Assembly: GCA_947625635.1 (NCBI GenBank)
Contig: CANQPA010000002.1
Span: 1-63,929 of the forward strand
DNA length: 63,929 nt
Source: an uncultured Bacilli bacterium
GTDB taxonomy: Bacteria > Bacillota_I > Bacilli_A > RF39 > UBA660
Direction: 5' to 3'
Program-made: the position numbers and the translations under genes
Part shown: positions 18,246 to 27,772 of the stretch, one piece after another
Position numbering within the stretch: position 1 is the stretch's first letter
Layout: each line of letters opens with the position of its first letter
The notes under the pieces: generated by a model
Database searches by the model: none
What the model was told of the DNA's origin: nothing
The model's input: only the letters and a program-made list of their open reading frames with translations

Positions 18246-18506
18246 TTACAATACAATTGCTTTTTCCACCACTTTTACTAAGCGGAAATGTTTAGTTTTT
18301 GATAATGGTCTAGTTTCTACTATAAGAACTTTATCGCCTTTTTTTGCATCATTCTTTTCATCATGTACAGTATATTTTTTAGAATATTTAACTCTTTTTC
18401 CATATAGTCTATCGTTTTTGTAAGTTTCAACTAAAACTGTAATAGTCTTGTCATTAACATCACTTACAACAGTTCCAACTAATTCATGTCTTCTTTTATC
18501 TTCCAT
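18246..18506 (-). CDS. rpsQ: 30S ribosomal protein S17
   Basis: ...[19 protein letters not shown]...[13 protein letters not shown]. Confidence 0.96.
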   Translation of the reverse strand: MEDKRRHELVGTVVSDVNDKTITVLVETYKNDRLYGKRVKYSKKYTVHDEKNDAKKGDKVLIVETRPLSKTKHFRLVKVVEKAIVL

Positions 18507-18514
18507 ATTTCCTC

Positions 18515-18709
18515 CTATTTAGTTAGTTCTCTTTCACGTAAAATTGTTTTCATACGTGCAACTAGCTTTCTTAATTCTGATATTCTTGAAGGTTTTTCTA
18601 AGGATCCTGTTGCTTGTTGAAAACGTAAGTTAAATAATTCTTCTTTCGATTCTTCAATTTTTGAAAGTATTTCTTCATCAGATAATTCTCTTATTTCTTT
18701 ATTAGTCAT
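18515..18709 (-). CDS. rpmC: 50S ribosomal protein L29
   Basis: [31 protein letters not shown]. The start overlaps the rplP stop. Confidence 0.93.
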   Translation of the reverse strand: MTNKEIRELSDEEILSKIEESKEELFNLRFQQATGSLEKPSRISELRKLVARMKTILRERELTK

Positions 18710-19130
18710 TAGAATCACCACTTTCTTTCCTTACGAATTTACACTTGATAGGAAGTTTATGCATTGCTAAACGAAAGGCTTCTCTAGCGACTGCTTCCTC
18801 AACTTCACCTATTTCAAACATAATTTTCCCTTCTTTAACTACTGCAACCCATGAGTCATGAGAACCTTTACCTTTACCTTGACGAGTTTCAAGTGGTTTT
18901 TTTGTTAATGATAAATGTGGAAATATGTTTATCCAAACTTTTCCTCCACGTTTCATATAACGAGTCATAGCAACCCTAGCTGCTTCAATTTGTCTATCAG
19001 TAATCCAAGCGCCCTCTAGTGCCATTAAACCATATTCTCCAAAATTAATTTTTGTATTACCTTTTGCTTTTCCTTCATAAGGAAGACGATGCACATTTCT
19101 AAATTTAGTTCTTTTTGGAATTACTGCCAT
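18702..19130 (-). CDS. rplP: 50S ribosomal protein L16
   Basis: [15 protein letters not shown]... Confidence 0.97.
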   Translation of the reverse strand: MAVIPKRTKFRNVHRLPYEGKAKGNTKINFGEYGLMALEGAWITDRQIEAARVAMTRYMKRGGKVWINIFPHLSLTKKPLETRQGKGKGSHDSWVAVVKEGKIMFEIGEVEEAVAREAFRLAMHKLPIKCKFVRKESGDSND

Positions 19131-19782
19131 CTTTATTACCTCCCTTATTTTTAGCAGGAAGTATTTCTCCTTTGCAAATCCAAACTTTTACGCCAATCTT
19201 ACCATAAGTAGTATTAGCTTCTTTCGATGCGTAATCTATATCAGATCTTAAAGTATGGCGAGGAACACTACCCTCTGTATAACCTTCAGTACGAGCCATA
19301 TCAGCTCCCCCTAAACGTCCAGATACAGAAGTTGTAATTCCTTTTGCTCCTGCTTTCATCGTATTTCTAATTGCTCTTTTTTGAGCAATTCTAAATGATA
19401 CACGTCCTTCGATTTGACGTGCTATATTTTCTGCTACTATTGCAGCGTCTAAATCTGGGTTTTTAACTTCTTTAATAGAAATTTGAATATCCTCATCGAC
19501 TAATTTAGACAAATCTTTTTTTATCTTATCAATTTCATCTCCACCATGTCCGATAACAACCCCAGGTTTAGCTGTATTTATAACTACATTAGTCTTTTTA
19601 GTGTCTCTTTCAATAATGATACTTGAAACTGATGCGTCTTTTAGCCTTTTTTCTAACATTTTACGAATTTTATCATCATTCTTGATATACTTTGCATTGT
19701 TACGGCCTTCAGCATACCAATTTGATTGCCAAAATTTGTTAACGCCTATTCTAAGTCCTATTGGACTAACTTTTTGACCCAC
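19105..19782 (-). CDS. rpsC: 30S ribosomal protein S3
   Basis: [24 protein letters not shown]. Confidence 0.97.
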   Translation of the reverse strand: MGQKVSPIGLRIGVNKFWQSNWYAEGRNNAKYIKNDDKIRKMLEKRLKDASVSSIIIERDTKKTNVVINTAKPGVVIGHGGDEIDKIKKDLSKLVDEDIQISIKEVKNPDLDAAIVAENIARQIEGRVSFRIAQKRAIRNTMKAGAKGITTSVSGRLGGADMARTEGYTEGSVPRHTLRSDIDYASKEANTTYGKIGVKVWICKGEILPAKNKGGNKDGSNSKKN

Positions 19783-19800
19783 AAGTTTTCCTCCTTTACT

Positions 19801-20136
19801 TTAGTTTCTGTCACTTACAACAATTGTAATATGACTTGTTCTTTTTTTTATTGGATCTACGTGTCCACGAGAACCAAATTTCATTCTTTTTAACGTTTGT
19901 CCTTCATCAACATATGCTTCTTTAACATATAATTTAGTTTTATCTAAACCTAAGTTGTTACAGGCATTTGCTACTGCAGAAGTCAAAACTTTTAAAGTTA
20001 ATCTAGCAGCTTCACTGTTATAATTTCTGCAAATTTTATCTGCTTCATTAACATCTTTGCCACGTATTAAATCAATAATTAAACGTGCCTTGCGTGGTGG
20101 GATTCTAAGTCCCTTTGCTATTGCTTTTGCTTCCAT
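19801..20136 (-). CDS. rplV: 50S ribosomal protein L22
   Basis: MEAKAIAKGLRIPPRKARLIIDLIRGK. Confidence 0.97.
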   Translation of the reverse strand: MEAKAIAKGLRIPPRKARLIIDLIRGKDVNEADKICRNYNSEAARLTLKVLTSAVANACNNLGLDKTKLYVKEAYVDEGQTLKRMKFGSRGHVDPIKKRTSHITIVVSDRN

Positions 20137-20157
20137 AAAATCTCCTCCCTAGGTTTC

Positions 20158-20430
20158 TTAATTTTTACCTTTATCATCACCGTGGCCACCAAATTTACGA
20201 GTAGCAACAAATTCACCCAATTTGTGTCCCACCATATCTTCAGTAACATATACAGGAACAAATTCTTTTCCATTGTGAACAGCAAATGTGTTACCTATAA
20301 ATTCAGGAAATATTGTTGAACGGCGTGACCAAGTTTTTATAACCTCTTTTTTTTCTGATTCATTTACTTTTTTTACCTTTTTCATTAAACTATCGTCTAC
20401 AAAAGGTCCTTTTTTTAAACTTCTAGCCAT
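20158..20430 (-). CDS. rpsS: 30S ribosomal protein S19
   Basis: [19 protein letters not shown]...[14 protein letters not shown]. Confidence 0.97.
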   Translation of the reverse strand: MARSLKKGPFVDDSLMKKVKKVNESEKKEVIKTWSRRSTIFPEFIGNTFAVHNGKEFVPVYVTEDMVGHKLGEFVATRKFGGHGDDKGKN

Positions 20431-20447
20431 AATTCCATCCTTTCCTA

Positions 20448-21275
20448 TTATTTACGGCGATGTACTATTAAGTCATCTGATTGTTTTTTGCCTTTACGAG
20501 TCTTATATCCAAGTGCAGGTTTACCCCAAGGTGTTAGAGGTCCTTTGTGTCCTACTGGAGCCTTACCTTCTCCACCACCGTGTGGGTGATCATTAGGATT
20601 CATAACTGATCCACGAACCGTTGGGCGAATTCCCATATGTCTTTTACGACCAGCTTTACCTAAATTTACCAACTCAAAATCCTCATTTCCTACTTCACCA
20701 ATTGTAGCTCTGCAAGTACTAAGAACTTTACGAACTTCTCCACTTGATAAACGAAGTAGTGCATATTTTCCTTCAAACCCAAGAATTTGAGCACTAGAAC
20801 CAGCAGAACGAGCCATTTGAGCGCCCTTTCCAGCTTTAAGTTCTATATTATGAACTAGTGTTCCTTCTGGTATTTTATATAGTGGAAGAGTATTACCAAT
20901 TTTAATATCAGCATTTTCTCCACTTTCAATTTTATCTCCTACTTTTAATCCTTTAGGAGCAATTATATATTTTTTTTCTCCATCTGCATAATTAATCAAA
21001 GCAATATTAGCAGTTCTATTTGGATCGTATTCAATAGATGCAACAGTTCCAATAATACCATCTTTGATTCTTTTAAAGTCTATAATACGATATTTTCTTT
21101 TAGCTCCTCCGCCTTGATGACGAACAGTTATCCTACCTTGATTATTACGACCACCATTTTTCTTTAATGTAATAAGTAATGATTTTTCTGGTGCTACTTT
21201 AGTTAACTCACTATTATCTAAAGTAGTCATACCACGTCTACCATTAGTCGTTGATTTATAACTTTTGATTGCCAT
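20448..21275 (-). CDS. rplB: 50S ribosomal protein L2
   Basis: 275 aa with ...[16 protein letters not shown].... Confidence 0.97.
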   Translation of the reverse strand: MAIKSYKSTTNGRRGMTTLDNSELTKVAPEKSLLITLKKNGGRNNQGRITVRHQGGGAKRKYRIIDFKRIKDGIIGTVASIEYDPNRTANIALINYADGEKKYIIAPKGLKVGDKIESGENADIKIGNTLPLYKIPEGTLVHNIELKAGKGAQMARSAGSSAQILGFEGKYALLRLSSGEVRKVLSTCRATIGEVGNEDFELVNLGKAGRKRHMGIRPTVRGSVMNPNDHPHGGGEGKAPVGHKGPLTPWGKPALGYKTRKGKKQSDDLIVHRRK

Positions 21276-21293
21276 TTGTATTCCTCCCTTAGA

Positions 21294-21575
21294 TTAGTTA
21301 AGTTCTATTGAACTTCCTTCTTTTAATTTAACTATTGCTTTTTTCTTTCTATTTGTTAATCCAGAATAACGTCCAACTCTTTTAGTCTTAGGTTTAACGT
21401 TTATTGTATTAACACTTTCAACTTTTACATCAAATATTTTTTCAACTGCTTGTTTAATCTCTGTTTTGTTAGCTTTTGGATCTACACTAAAGGTAACAAC
21501 GTTACCATTTTGAGATAAATTTGCAGTTTTTTCTGTAATAATTGGAGCTTTTACAACATCTCTAAATGTTTTCAT
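21294..21575 (-). CDS. rplW: 50S ribosomal protein L23
   Basis: ...[11 protein letters not shown]...[24 protein letters not shown]. Confidence 0.96.
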   Translation of the reverse strand: MKTFRDVVKAPIITEKTANLSQNGNVVTFSVDPKANKTEIKQAVEKIFDVKVESVNTINVKPKTKRVGRYSGLTNRKKKAIVKLKEGSSIELN

Positions 21576-22198
21576 TATACTAAAGCCTCCTCTATACTTT
21601 TAATAGCATCTTCTTCAGCTATTACAAGATTTGCAGAAACTAAATCTAGTACGTTAATTTCACTTGCTTCAAGTAATAAAACATTAGTCAAATTACGAGT
21701 AGCTAAAATTAAATTATCATTTAATTCATTAACAACTATAAGTACGTTCCTTTCAATTTTAAAATTATTTAAAATATTCTTCATATCTTTAGTTTTATTT
21801 GTTTTTAAATCTAATTTATCAACAATAATTAATTCTTTATTGATAATTTTATAAGCTAAAGCAGATTTAAGTGCCAAAGCTCTTTCTTTTCTGTTTTGTT
21901 TAGTGGTATAGTTTCTTTCTTGATTTCCGAAAGCCCATCCACCATGATACCAATGTGGTGCTCTTGTAGAGCCCTGACGAGCACGTCCTGTTCCTTTTTG
22001 TCTCCATGGTTTTCTTCCACCACCAGAAACATCTGAACGTCCTTTAACGCCTCTTGTCCCTTGACGAGCATTATTTTGAGCAAGCTTTATTGCATCATAT
22101 AGTACTGCATCATTTGGAACAATTCCAAATACTTCTTTATTTAATGTAATATCTTTTATTTTTTCACCATTTGTGTTTAATACATCTATTTTACTCAT
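21575..22198 (-). CDS. rplD: 50S ribosomal protein L4
   Basis: ...[31 protein letters not shown].... Confidence 0.97.
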   Translation of the reverse strand: MSKIDVLNTNGEKIKDITLNKEVFGIVPNDAVLYDAIKLAQNNARQGTRGVKGRSDVSGGGRKPWRQKGTGRARQGSTRAPHWYHGGWAFGNQERNYTTKQNRKERALALKSALAYKIINKELIIVDKLDLKTNKTKDMKNILNNFKIERNVLIVVNELNDNLILATRNLTNVLLLEASEINVLDLVSANLVIAEEDAIKSIEEALV

Positions 22199-22212
22199 AT
22201 GTATCCTCCCTA

Positions 22213-23001
22213 CTAATTTTCATCCTTAGTAGTTTCTTCTGCCTCACTAATTTCGGCAGTTTCTTCTACAACTGGTTTTTCCTCGGCAACTTGATCTTCT
22301 TGTGGTTTATTATTTTCTTCTATAATTGGTTCATCCATCTCATAAGATACAAGTTCTTCCATATTATTTATTTTTCCATTTGCCTTAACAGCACTCTTAA
22401 TAACAACCAAACCTTTTTTAGGCCCAGGTATGTTACCGCTTATTAATATTACATTATTTTCTATATCTACAGCAACAACTTCAAGATTTTGAATAGTTAC
22501 TGTAAGTGTTCCCATATGTCCAGCAAGTTTTTTACCTTTGAAAACACGCATTGGTCTCATTGTTCCCATTGAACCTGGTCTTCTATGATAATGTGATCCA
22601 TGTCCCATAGGTCCTCTACTTTGGCCATGTCTTTTAATGACACCTTGGAACCCCTTACCTTTAGTAGTTCCAGTTACATCAACTACTTCTCCTGGAGTGA
22701 ATATATCAGCTGATATTTCTTGTCCAAGAGTATATGAATTGATATCTACACCTTTTATTTCTCTAAAGAAGCGCTTAGGTGTAGTTTGTGCTTTTGCAGT
22801 ATGTCCTGCAGAAGCTTTAGTCGCTAACTTTTCTCTAGTATTTCCAAATCCTAATTGAATTGCATCGTAACCATCATTTTCTTTAGTTTTGATTTGTGTA
22901 ACTACGTTTTTTTCAACTTCAACAACAGTTACAGGAATTAATTTACCAGATTCAGTAAACACTTGAGTCATTCCAATTTTACGACCTAAGATTCCTTTCA
23001 T
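22213..23001 (-). CDS. rplC: 50S ribosomal protein L3 with an acidic C-terminal extension
   Basis: [15 protein letters not shown]... core. About 50 extra residues rich in E, ending ...[17 protein letters not shown]. Confidence 0.96.
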   Translation of the reverse strand: MKGILGRKIGMTQVFTESGKLIPVTVVEVEKNVVTQIKTKENDGYDAIQLGFGNTREKLATKASAGHTAKAQTTPKRFFREIKGVDINSYTLGQEISADIFTPGEVVDVTGTTKGKGFQGVIKRHGQSRGPMGHGSHYHRRPGSMGTMRPMRVFKGKKLAGHMGTLTVTIQNLEVVAVDIENNVILISGNIPGPKKGLVVIKSAVKANGKINNMEELVSYEMDEPIIEENNKPQEDQVAEEKPVVEETAEISEAEETTKDEN

Positions 23002-23012
23002 ATATATCCTCC

Positions 23013-23321
23013 TTATTTAATTATTTTGATATCTACACCACTTGGAATATCTAAGTGAGCAAGAGCTCCTATAGTTTCCTTTGATGGGTCCATGATATCT
23101 ATTAGTCTTTTGTGTGTTCTTCTTTCAAATTGCTCACGTGAATCTTTATATTTATGAACAGCTCTTAAAATAGTGATTTTCTCAATTTCAGTTGGTAGTG
23201 GAACTGGTCCAACAATACTTCCACCATTTCTTTTAACCGTCTCAACAATTTTAGCGCAAGCTTTGTCTAAACTTTTGTGTTCAAACGCTTTTAATTTGAT
23301 ACGAACTTTAGTTTTTGACAT
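23013..23321 (-). CDS. rpsJ: 30S ribosomal protein S10
   Basis: ...[14 protein letters not shown]...[14 protein letters not shown]. Confidence 0.97.
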   Translation of the reverse strand: MSKTKVRIKLKAFEHKSLDKACAKIVETVKRNGGSIVGPVPLPTEIEKITILRAVHKYKDSREQFERRTHKRLIDIMDPSKETIGALAHLDIPSGVDIKIIK

Positions 23322-23454
23322 AATGTATCCTCCCTTCGCCTATATCCAGTATAGACTTGCTCCGTGTAAAAACCCAATATCAGGTTGTTTTTTCTATCAA
23401 CTTAGCCTGGTGTATCAGCAACCTCACACATCAACGCAACGTCACACATACAAA

Positions 23455-23483
23455 ATTATACGTTATTTAAAAAGAAAAATCAA
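23455..23483 (-). promoter_or_regulatory. sigma-A type promoter of the S10 operon
   Basis: The minus strand reads TTGATT-N17-TATAAT (-35 at 23478-23483, -10 at 23455-23460), about 130 nt upstream of rpsJ. Confidence 0.65.
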
Positions 23484-23506
23484 CACTTTTTTAAAAATTT
23501 GTTGAT
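23471..23506 (-). terminator. terminator of the first pilin-FGE gene, overlapping the S10 -35 box
   Basis: The minus strand reads ATCAACA-aatttttaaaaaag-TGTTGAT followed by TTTTTCTTTTT. Confidence 0.5.
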
Positions 23507-23633
23507 TTTTTGTTAATTTTAAAAGTAAATACCTATTTCATTATATCAATTACATATTCAAAAACTATAAAATATAAAGAATTGTACATTTCTTAGTTAT
23601 ATTATTTTATTTTATCAATCTATTTTGTATTAG

Positions 23634-25226
23634 TTATAAAATAACAATCCTAAATGAAAGTCTACTATCCTTTGCACCTGAAAATGGATAACTACTAAAA
23701 ACTCCGGCAAAACGGCTATTAGCATCATCTCTTAGAAGCCATGGAGCTGCTTGGGATAAAAATGCTGGATTATCTCCATACCATCCCCTAGTTTCGCTTA
23801 AACCAAACCCATAGCAAATAGCTTTATTACAAGCACTATCTACTGATGTGTCAGTAAATAAATCATAATATTTTGAAGATTTTAAATCATCTGGTAACGT
23901 TTCAAAACCAGAATTAACAACTGTATTATTATAATTTGCCATTAAGTATTCATAAGAACCACCACTCATATCATATATTCCATATATATTGCCTGTTGTT
24001 GATGCTCCTCCACCACAAAAACCTGTTCCTGATCCCATATCTAACAAATCATCATATTTGCAAGAATTTGAAGCTTTTCCGCCTGGTGCTCCACCACTTG
24101 TTCCCGTATTATATTCCCTAGAATTATTTATATATATTTCTTTATTTGAACCCGTATATAAATTATTTCCGTATTTTCCATATTTGCTTTGTGAAAGATA
24201 TGCAACTGCTCCCCATTCAGAACCTTTCATCATATGTGTATCTATTTCATTCTTGTTTATTTTAAATAGATTTCCTTCTCTTGACATTGAACGTGATACA
24301 AAGAAAAATTTTGATACTGTATTATTTCTTAGTGAAGTAACATTTGGTAGTATCCTTATATTATTTGCATCAATACAATTTTCATCTATGCAACTTAGAT
24401 CATAGTTCCCAGATGTATGACTTGTTTCAAACTTTCCTACCCATATTCCTGATAGTATTTCATCACCAAATGTGAAGGCTGGATGTATTCTATATCCTTT
24501 TTCGTTTGTATTTTCATATGTTACACCTTTATTTATAAAGTTTACTTCTATTTCTCCTGGTACTGTTTTATCATTGCTTCCTTTTCCAAATTGTCCATTA
24601 GTTGTATCTATTTTATATTCATATTTAGGTATCCAAACAAACATAGCTAATATATCTGATGATGTTATATCTTCTTGTTTTGCTGGAACTTTTAATTTTG
24701 TTCCTATATTTTTACTTACTCCATCCTTTAAAATTACAGCGTTTGCCCACCATTGATCATTATAATCATACCATTTTTCACTTGTATCAGCTACCTGCCA
24801 AAAATCATCTTTATATATTACTGGTGTTAAAGTATTATTCATAAGATCTGGATAATTTGCTTGACTTTTGTCTTTGTATAAAACATCACAATATCCAATA
24901 TTTTCAGATAATATTTTCCCATTTTCATATACTATTGTACCTTTGCAAGGTTTTTTACCCGTTATTTCTATTGTTAATTCTTCTCCATCACAAGCAATAT
25001 TACCATCTTTATTTACTGTACAATTAGTTGGATTAAATTCACTTGTTAAATTCTTTCTTATTATTGCTTCTTTGACCGCTTCTAAATATAACTCTTTACT
25101 TCTTTCATTACTTTGTTTCTTTGAAGAATCAACTATATTTAGTACTATTGGCGTAGCTATTAACGCGATTATTGCTAGTATTACGATTACTGCCAAAAGT
25201 TCTATTAATGTAAATCCTCTCTTCAT
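23634..25226 (-). CDS. prepilin-type N-terminal methylation-motif protein fused to an FGE-sulfatase-like C-terminal domain (530 aa)
   Basis: The N-terminus MKRGFTLIELLAVIVILAIIALIA matches the type IV pilin/pseudopilin signal (K/R-G-F-T-L-I-E). The C-terminal half carries, in order, HPAFTF, SEWGAVAYL, GIYDMSGGSYEY, LLRDD and SFRIV. In FGE-sulfatase (PF03781) domains the corresponding motifs are HPV..V.W, EAEWEYAAR, GLYDM.GNVWEW, LRGGS and GFR.V. The ATG at 25226 follows an AGAGG RBS. Confidence 0.6.
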   Translation of the reverse strand: MKRGFTLIELLAVIVILAIIALIATPIVLNIVDSSKKQSNERSKELYLEAVKEAIIRKNLTSEFNPTNCTVNKDGNIACDGEELTIEITGKKPCKGTIVYENGKILSENIGYCDVLYKDKSQANYPDLMNNTLTPVIYKDDFWQVADTSEKWYDYNDQWWANAVILKDGVSKNIGTKLKVPAKQEDITSSDILAMFVWIPKYEYKIDTTNGQFGKGSNDKTVPGEIEVNFINKGVTYENTNEKGYRIHPAFTFGDEILSGIWVGKFETSHTSGNYDLSCIDENCIDANNIRILPNVTSLRNNTVSKFFFVSRSMSREGNLFKINKNEIDTHMMKGSEWGAVAYLSQSKYGKYGNNLYTGSNKEIYINNSREYNTGTSGGAPGGKASNSCKYDDLLDMGSGTGFCGGGASTTGNIYGIYDMSGGSYEYLMANYNNTVVNSGFETLPDDLKSSKYYDLFTDTSVDSACNKAICYGFGLSETRGWYGDNPAFLSQAAPWLLRDDANSRFAGVFSSYPFSGAKDSRLSFRIVIL

Positions 25227-25251
25227 TATCACTACCTCTACTTTTTTATTT

Positions 25252-25282
25252 ATTATATCATTATCTCCTACCTAGATGTCAA
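25252..25282 (-). promoter_or_regulatory. promoter of pilin-FGE gene 1 (TTGACA-N19-TGaTATAAT)
   Basis: -35 at 25277-25282 and -10 at 25252-25257, with a TG at the extended -10 position. It is colinear with the promoter of the paralogue at 32556-32587. Confidence 0.5.
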
Positions 25283-25411
25283 TAGTTTAAAATGTTATCA
25301 TTGAATATTTTTTAAACTTTTGCAACAAATAAAAAAATAAACTGACAATGTTGACAATGTCAATTTATAAATTTATTTAATATTCTTTAATATATTTTAT
25401 TAGGTGATAAA

Positions 25412-25699
25412 TTGAAAATAGTTCCTAGTGTTTCTGCTCCTATTTATACTTCTTCAGCGTTTATACTAGGCTTATTGCTTTGCGATGAATTAACTCCTGC
25501 AGAACAAAATTCGTTAGGTAATTGGTTCATGATGGTCGGGCAAGCACTTTGTACAAACTCTGCACAACAACAGTTATTAAATAATAGAAATAATACTGCT
25601 AATAACTATAATTCTCACATTATAAACGATAATAATCTAAAAGCAAGTGCAAAAAATATAAAGGAGGAGATAAACAATATTTTTAGTAACTTTAAATAA
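25412..25699 (+). CDS. hypothetical small protein (95 aa), hydrophobic N-terminal half and N/Q-rich tail
   Basis: The TTG start lies 5 nt after an AGGTGA RBS. The product is MKIVPSVSAPIYTSSAFILGLLLCDELTPAEQNSLGNWFMMVGQALCTNSAQQQLLNN.... It is divergent from pilin-FGE gene 1. Confidence 0.45.
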   Translation: MKIVPSVSAPIYTSSAFILGLLLCDELTPAEQNSLGNWFMMVGQALCTNSAQQQLLNNRNNTANNYNSHIINDNNLKASAKNIKEEINNIFSNFK

Positions 25700-25722
25700 A
25701 TATAAAAATTTATAGTTTTAAT

Positions 25723-26739
25723 CTATATTTCCCATCCTACTAACTTTCTTTTTATTTTCTTTAATGCATTTTTTTCTATTACATTAACTCTTTGCCTTTT
25801 TATTCCGTAAATTTTTCCTATTTCTTCTAAGGTTTTTTCTTTAAAATATATTAATGTAATTATTTTATATTCCCTATCAGTTAGTATTTGTTTCATTACT
25901 TTATTAATTTTTTCATAATCAATTTTTACTTCAGATAATCTAAAGTCATGGTCATCTGTCATTATAACGTTGACTAGTGAGTCCTTTGAATCATCTGTTA
26001 TATCTGCATCTAAACTTGCTATTTCATGTATACTACTTAAATAAGTTCTAACCTTATCTTCTGATAAATTTAAATTCGTCGCTATCTGTTGTATATCTGG
26101 ATATTTTCTATATTTATCATTATATTCATCTGCAAAACTTTTTATTTTTTTTATATCCAGTGAAGCATGTCTTGGATACCTTATTAAGTATGACTTCTCA
26201 CTTTTGTAATTATAAATTGACTGTTTAATCCAGTATGAGGCGTATGATGAAAATTTTATATTTTTTGTTTCATCGAATTTATCTATAGCCTTAATTAAAC
26301 CAATATTACCTTCCTGTATTAAATCTATTAAAGGAATTCTGTAATCACTATTTTTTTTTGCTATATAAACTACAAACTTTAAATTACAGTTTATAATATA
26401 ATCTTTAATCTCTTTGTTGCCGCGTCTGTATTCTACAAATAATTTTTTTTCTTGTTCCTTGGTTAAAACCGGAAATTTATTAATTTCCGTTAAATATAAT
26501 GTCAAAGAATCTTTATTATATATTGATGAATTTAAATCTTCACCTAAATCATTAATATGCTTATAATTATCTTCAAAATTTAAATCAGTATAATCTTCTA
26601 TATCAATTCCATTTTTTACTAAAGAACAAAATAAATTATCTAATTCTTCATCAATTAAACCTAATTTATTTATTTCATCATATGATAATTTATTATTATT
26701 ACTACTGGCTTTATCTATTAATTGTTGTAAAAAATCCAT
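25723..26739 (-). CDS. sigma-70 family factor, RpoD-like (338 aa)
   Basis: Region 1.2 is LYLTEINKFPVLTKEQEKKLF. Region 2 is NLKFVVYIAKK...DLIQEGNIGLIKAIDKFDETKNIKFSSYASYWIKQSI...IRYPRH. Region 4.2 is TLEEIGKIYGIKRQRVNVIEKNALKKIK. The RBS is GGGGGG. Confidence 0.8.
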   Translation of the reverse strand: MDFLQQLIDKASSNNNKLSYDEINKLGLIDEELDNLFCSLVKNGIDIEDYTDLNFEDNYKHINDLGEDLNSSIYNKDSLTLYLTEINKFPVLTKEQEKKLFVEYRRGNKEIKDYIINCNLKFVVYIAKKNSDYRIPLIDLIQEGNIGLIKAIDKFDETKNIKFSSYASYWIKQSIYNYKSEKSYLIRYPRHASLDIKKIKSFADEYNDKYRKYPDIQQIATNLNLSEDKVRTYLSSIHEIASLDADITDDSKDSLVNVIMTDDHDFRLSEVKIDYEKINKVMKQILTDREYKIITLIYFKEKTLEEIGKIYGIKRQRVNVIEKNALKKIKRKLVGWEI

Positions 26740-26760
26740 AAATATCCCCCCGTCATTAAA

Positions 26761-27588
26761 TTATTTATTAATCTTACTAATATAATTTCGAATTTTTCTA
26801 TATGCTTTCTGTTCATATTTATAAACAGTCGTTCTAGGTACATTTAAAATCTCACATATTTCTCTTGTTCTATATGGTACCCCATTAGTAAAGCCATGTT
26901 TTAATTTTATAACGCTTAATTCATTTTCTCCTAAAATCTCAGATAATTTTGATATATCACATATGTCATATTCATCATTATTTGTATCAGGAACTAAATC
27001 ATATAAAGTCGTTATATCATTCTCATTTATTGTCGAATCTAAACTTTGAACATCATTCATAACTCGTAATGCTCCGATAATCTCTTCTTTTGAATAACCC
27101 AACGTTTCACTAATATTATTTAAATCCGGTATTCTATGATTAATTAAATAATAATGATTAATATATTTTTTTATTTTGTTCAGATTTTCGAATCCATTGA
27201 ATGAAATTTTTAAAATTGAAGAAGATTTAGCTATATATCTTTCAATATCTTTTTTTATACACCATCCTGCATACGTACAAAATCTTACATCTTTAGAAGA
27301 ATCAAATTTTTCAAATGCTTTTACCAATGCCAAATTACCTTCTTGTATTAAATCCATAATAGAAATAGTTTTATAAAAATAATTTTTAGATACATGTACA
27401 ACAAATCTCAAATTACATTTTATTATTTTATCTCTTGCAGATTTATTACCATTTTGATATTCAACAAACAATTCCTTCTCTTGTTCTTTTGATAGGATTG
27501 GATACATGCTTATTTCATTCAAATATAATTTAAATGAATCATAATTCGCGTTAAAAATTTCACTATTATTTTCAATTAAATCATTCAT
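26761..27588 (-). CDS. sigma-70 family factor, RpoD-like (275 aa)
   Basis: LYLNEISMYPILSKEQEKELF...NLRFVVHVSKN...DLIQEGNLALVKAFEKFDSSKDVRFCTYAGWCIKKDI.... The C-terminal HTH is TREICEILNVPRTTVYKYEQKAYRKIRN. Confidence 0.8.
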   Translation of the reverse strand: MNDLIENNSEIFNANYDSFKLYLNEISMYPILSKEQEKELFVEYQNGNKSARDKIIKCNLRFVVHVSKNYFYKTISIMDLIQEGNLALVKAFEKFDSSKDVRFCTYAGWCIKKDIERYIAKSSSILKISFNGFENLNKIKKYINHYYLINHRIPDLNNISETLGYSKEEIIGALRVMNDVQSLDSTINENDITTLYDLVPDTNNDEYDICDISKLSEILGENELSVIKLKHGFTNGVPYRTREICEILNVPRTTVYKYEQKAYRKIRNYISKINK

Positions 27589-27772
27589 ATTAAATTCCCC
27601 CTCTTGATAAATAATACTAAACTCTCGTGATATTTTTATTATAATTTTTTTACAATATTTTGAATTCTTATTTTTAGAATATTATCACGTTTTAAAAGGC
27701 CATATTATCTGTAATGATTATTATATCAAGTTATAAATCATTTTAACTGATCTATATAGTTTAATAAAATTA

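Noticed and set aside
23129-23144. parS-like sequence attgctCACGTGaatc inside rpsJ, and tcttTCACGTaaaa near 18531
   Set aside because: Only about 10-12 of 16 positions match TGTTNCACGTGAAACA, and both lie in conserved coding sequence. I found no convincing parS by eye, so a computational scan is needed.
23936-25275. Plus-strand ORFs antisense to pilin-FGE gene 1 (23936-24121, 23989-24405, 24472-24756, 24659-24844, 24868-25275), and the analogous set over gene 2 (31103-31408, 31736-31984, 32090-32341, 32221-32613)
   Set aside because: These are antisense shadows. The minus-strand frames carry conserved paralogous blocks and clear start signals, whereas the plus-strand translations are low-complexity.
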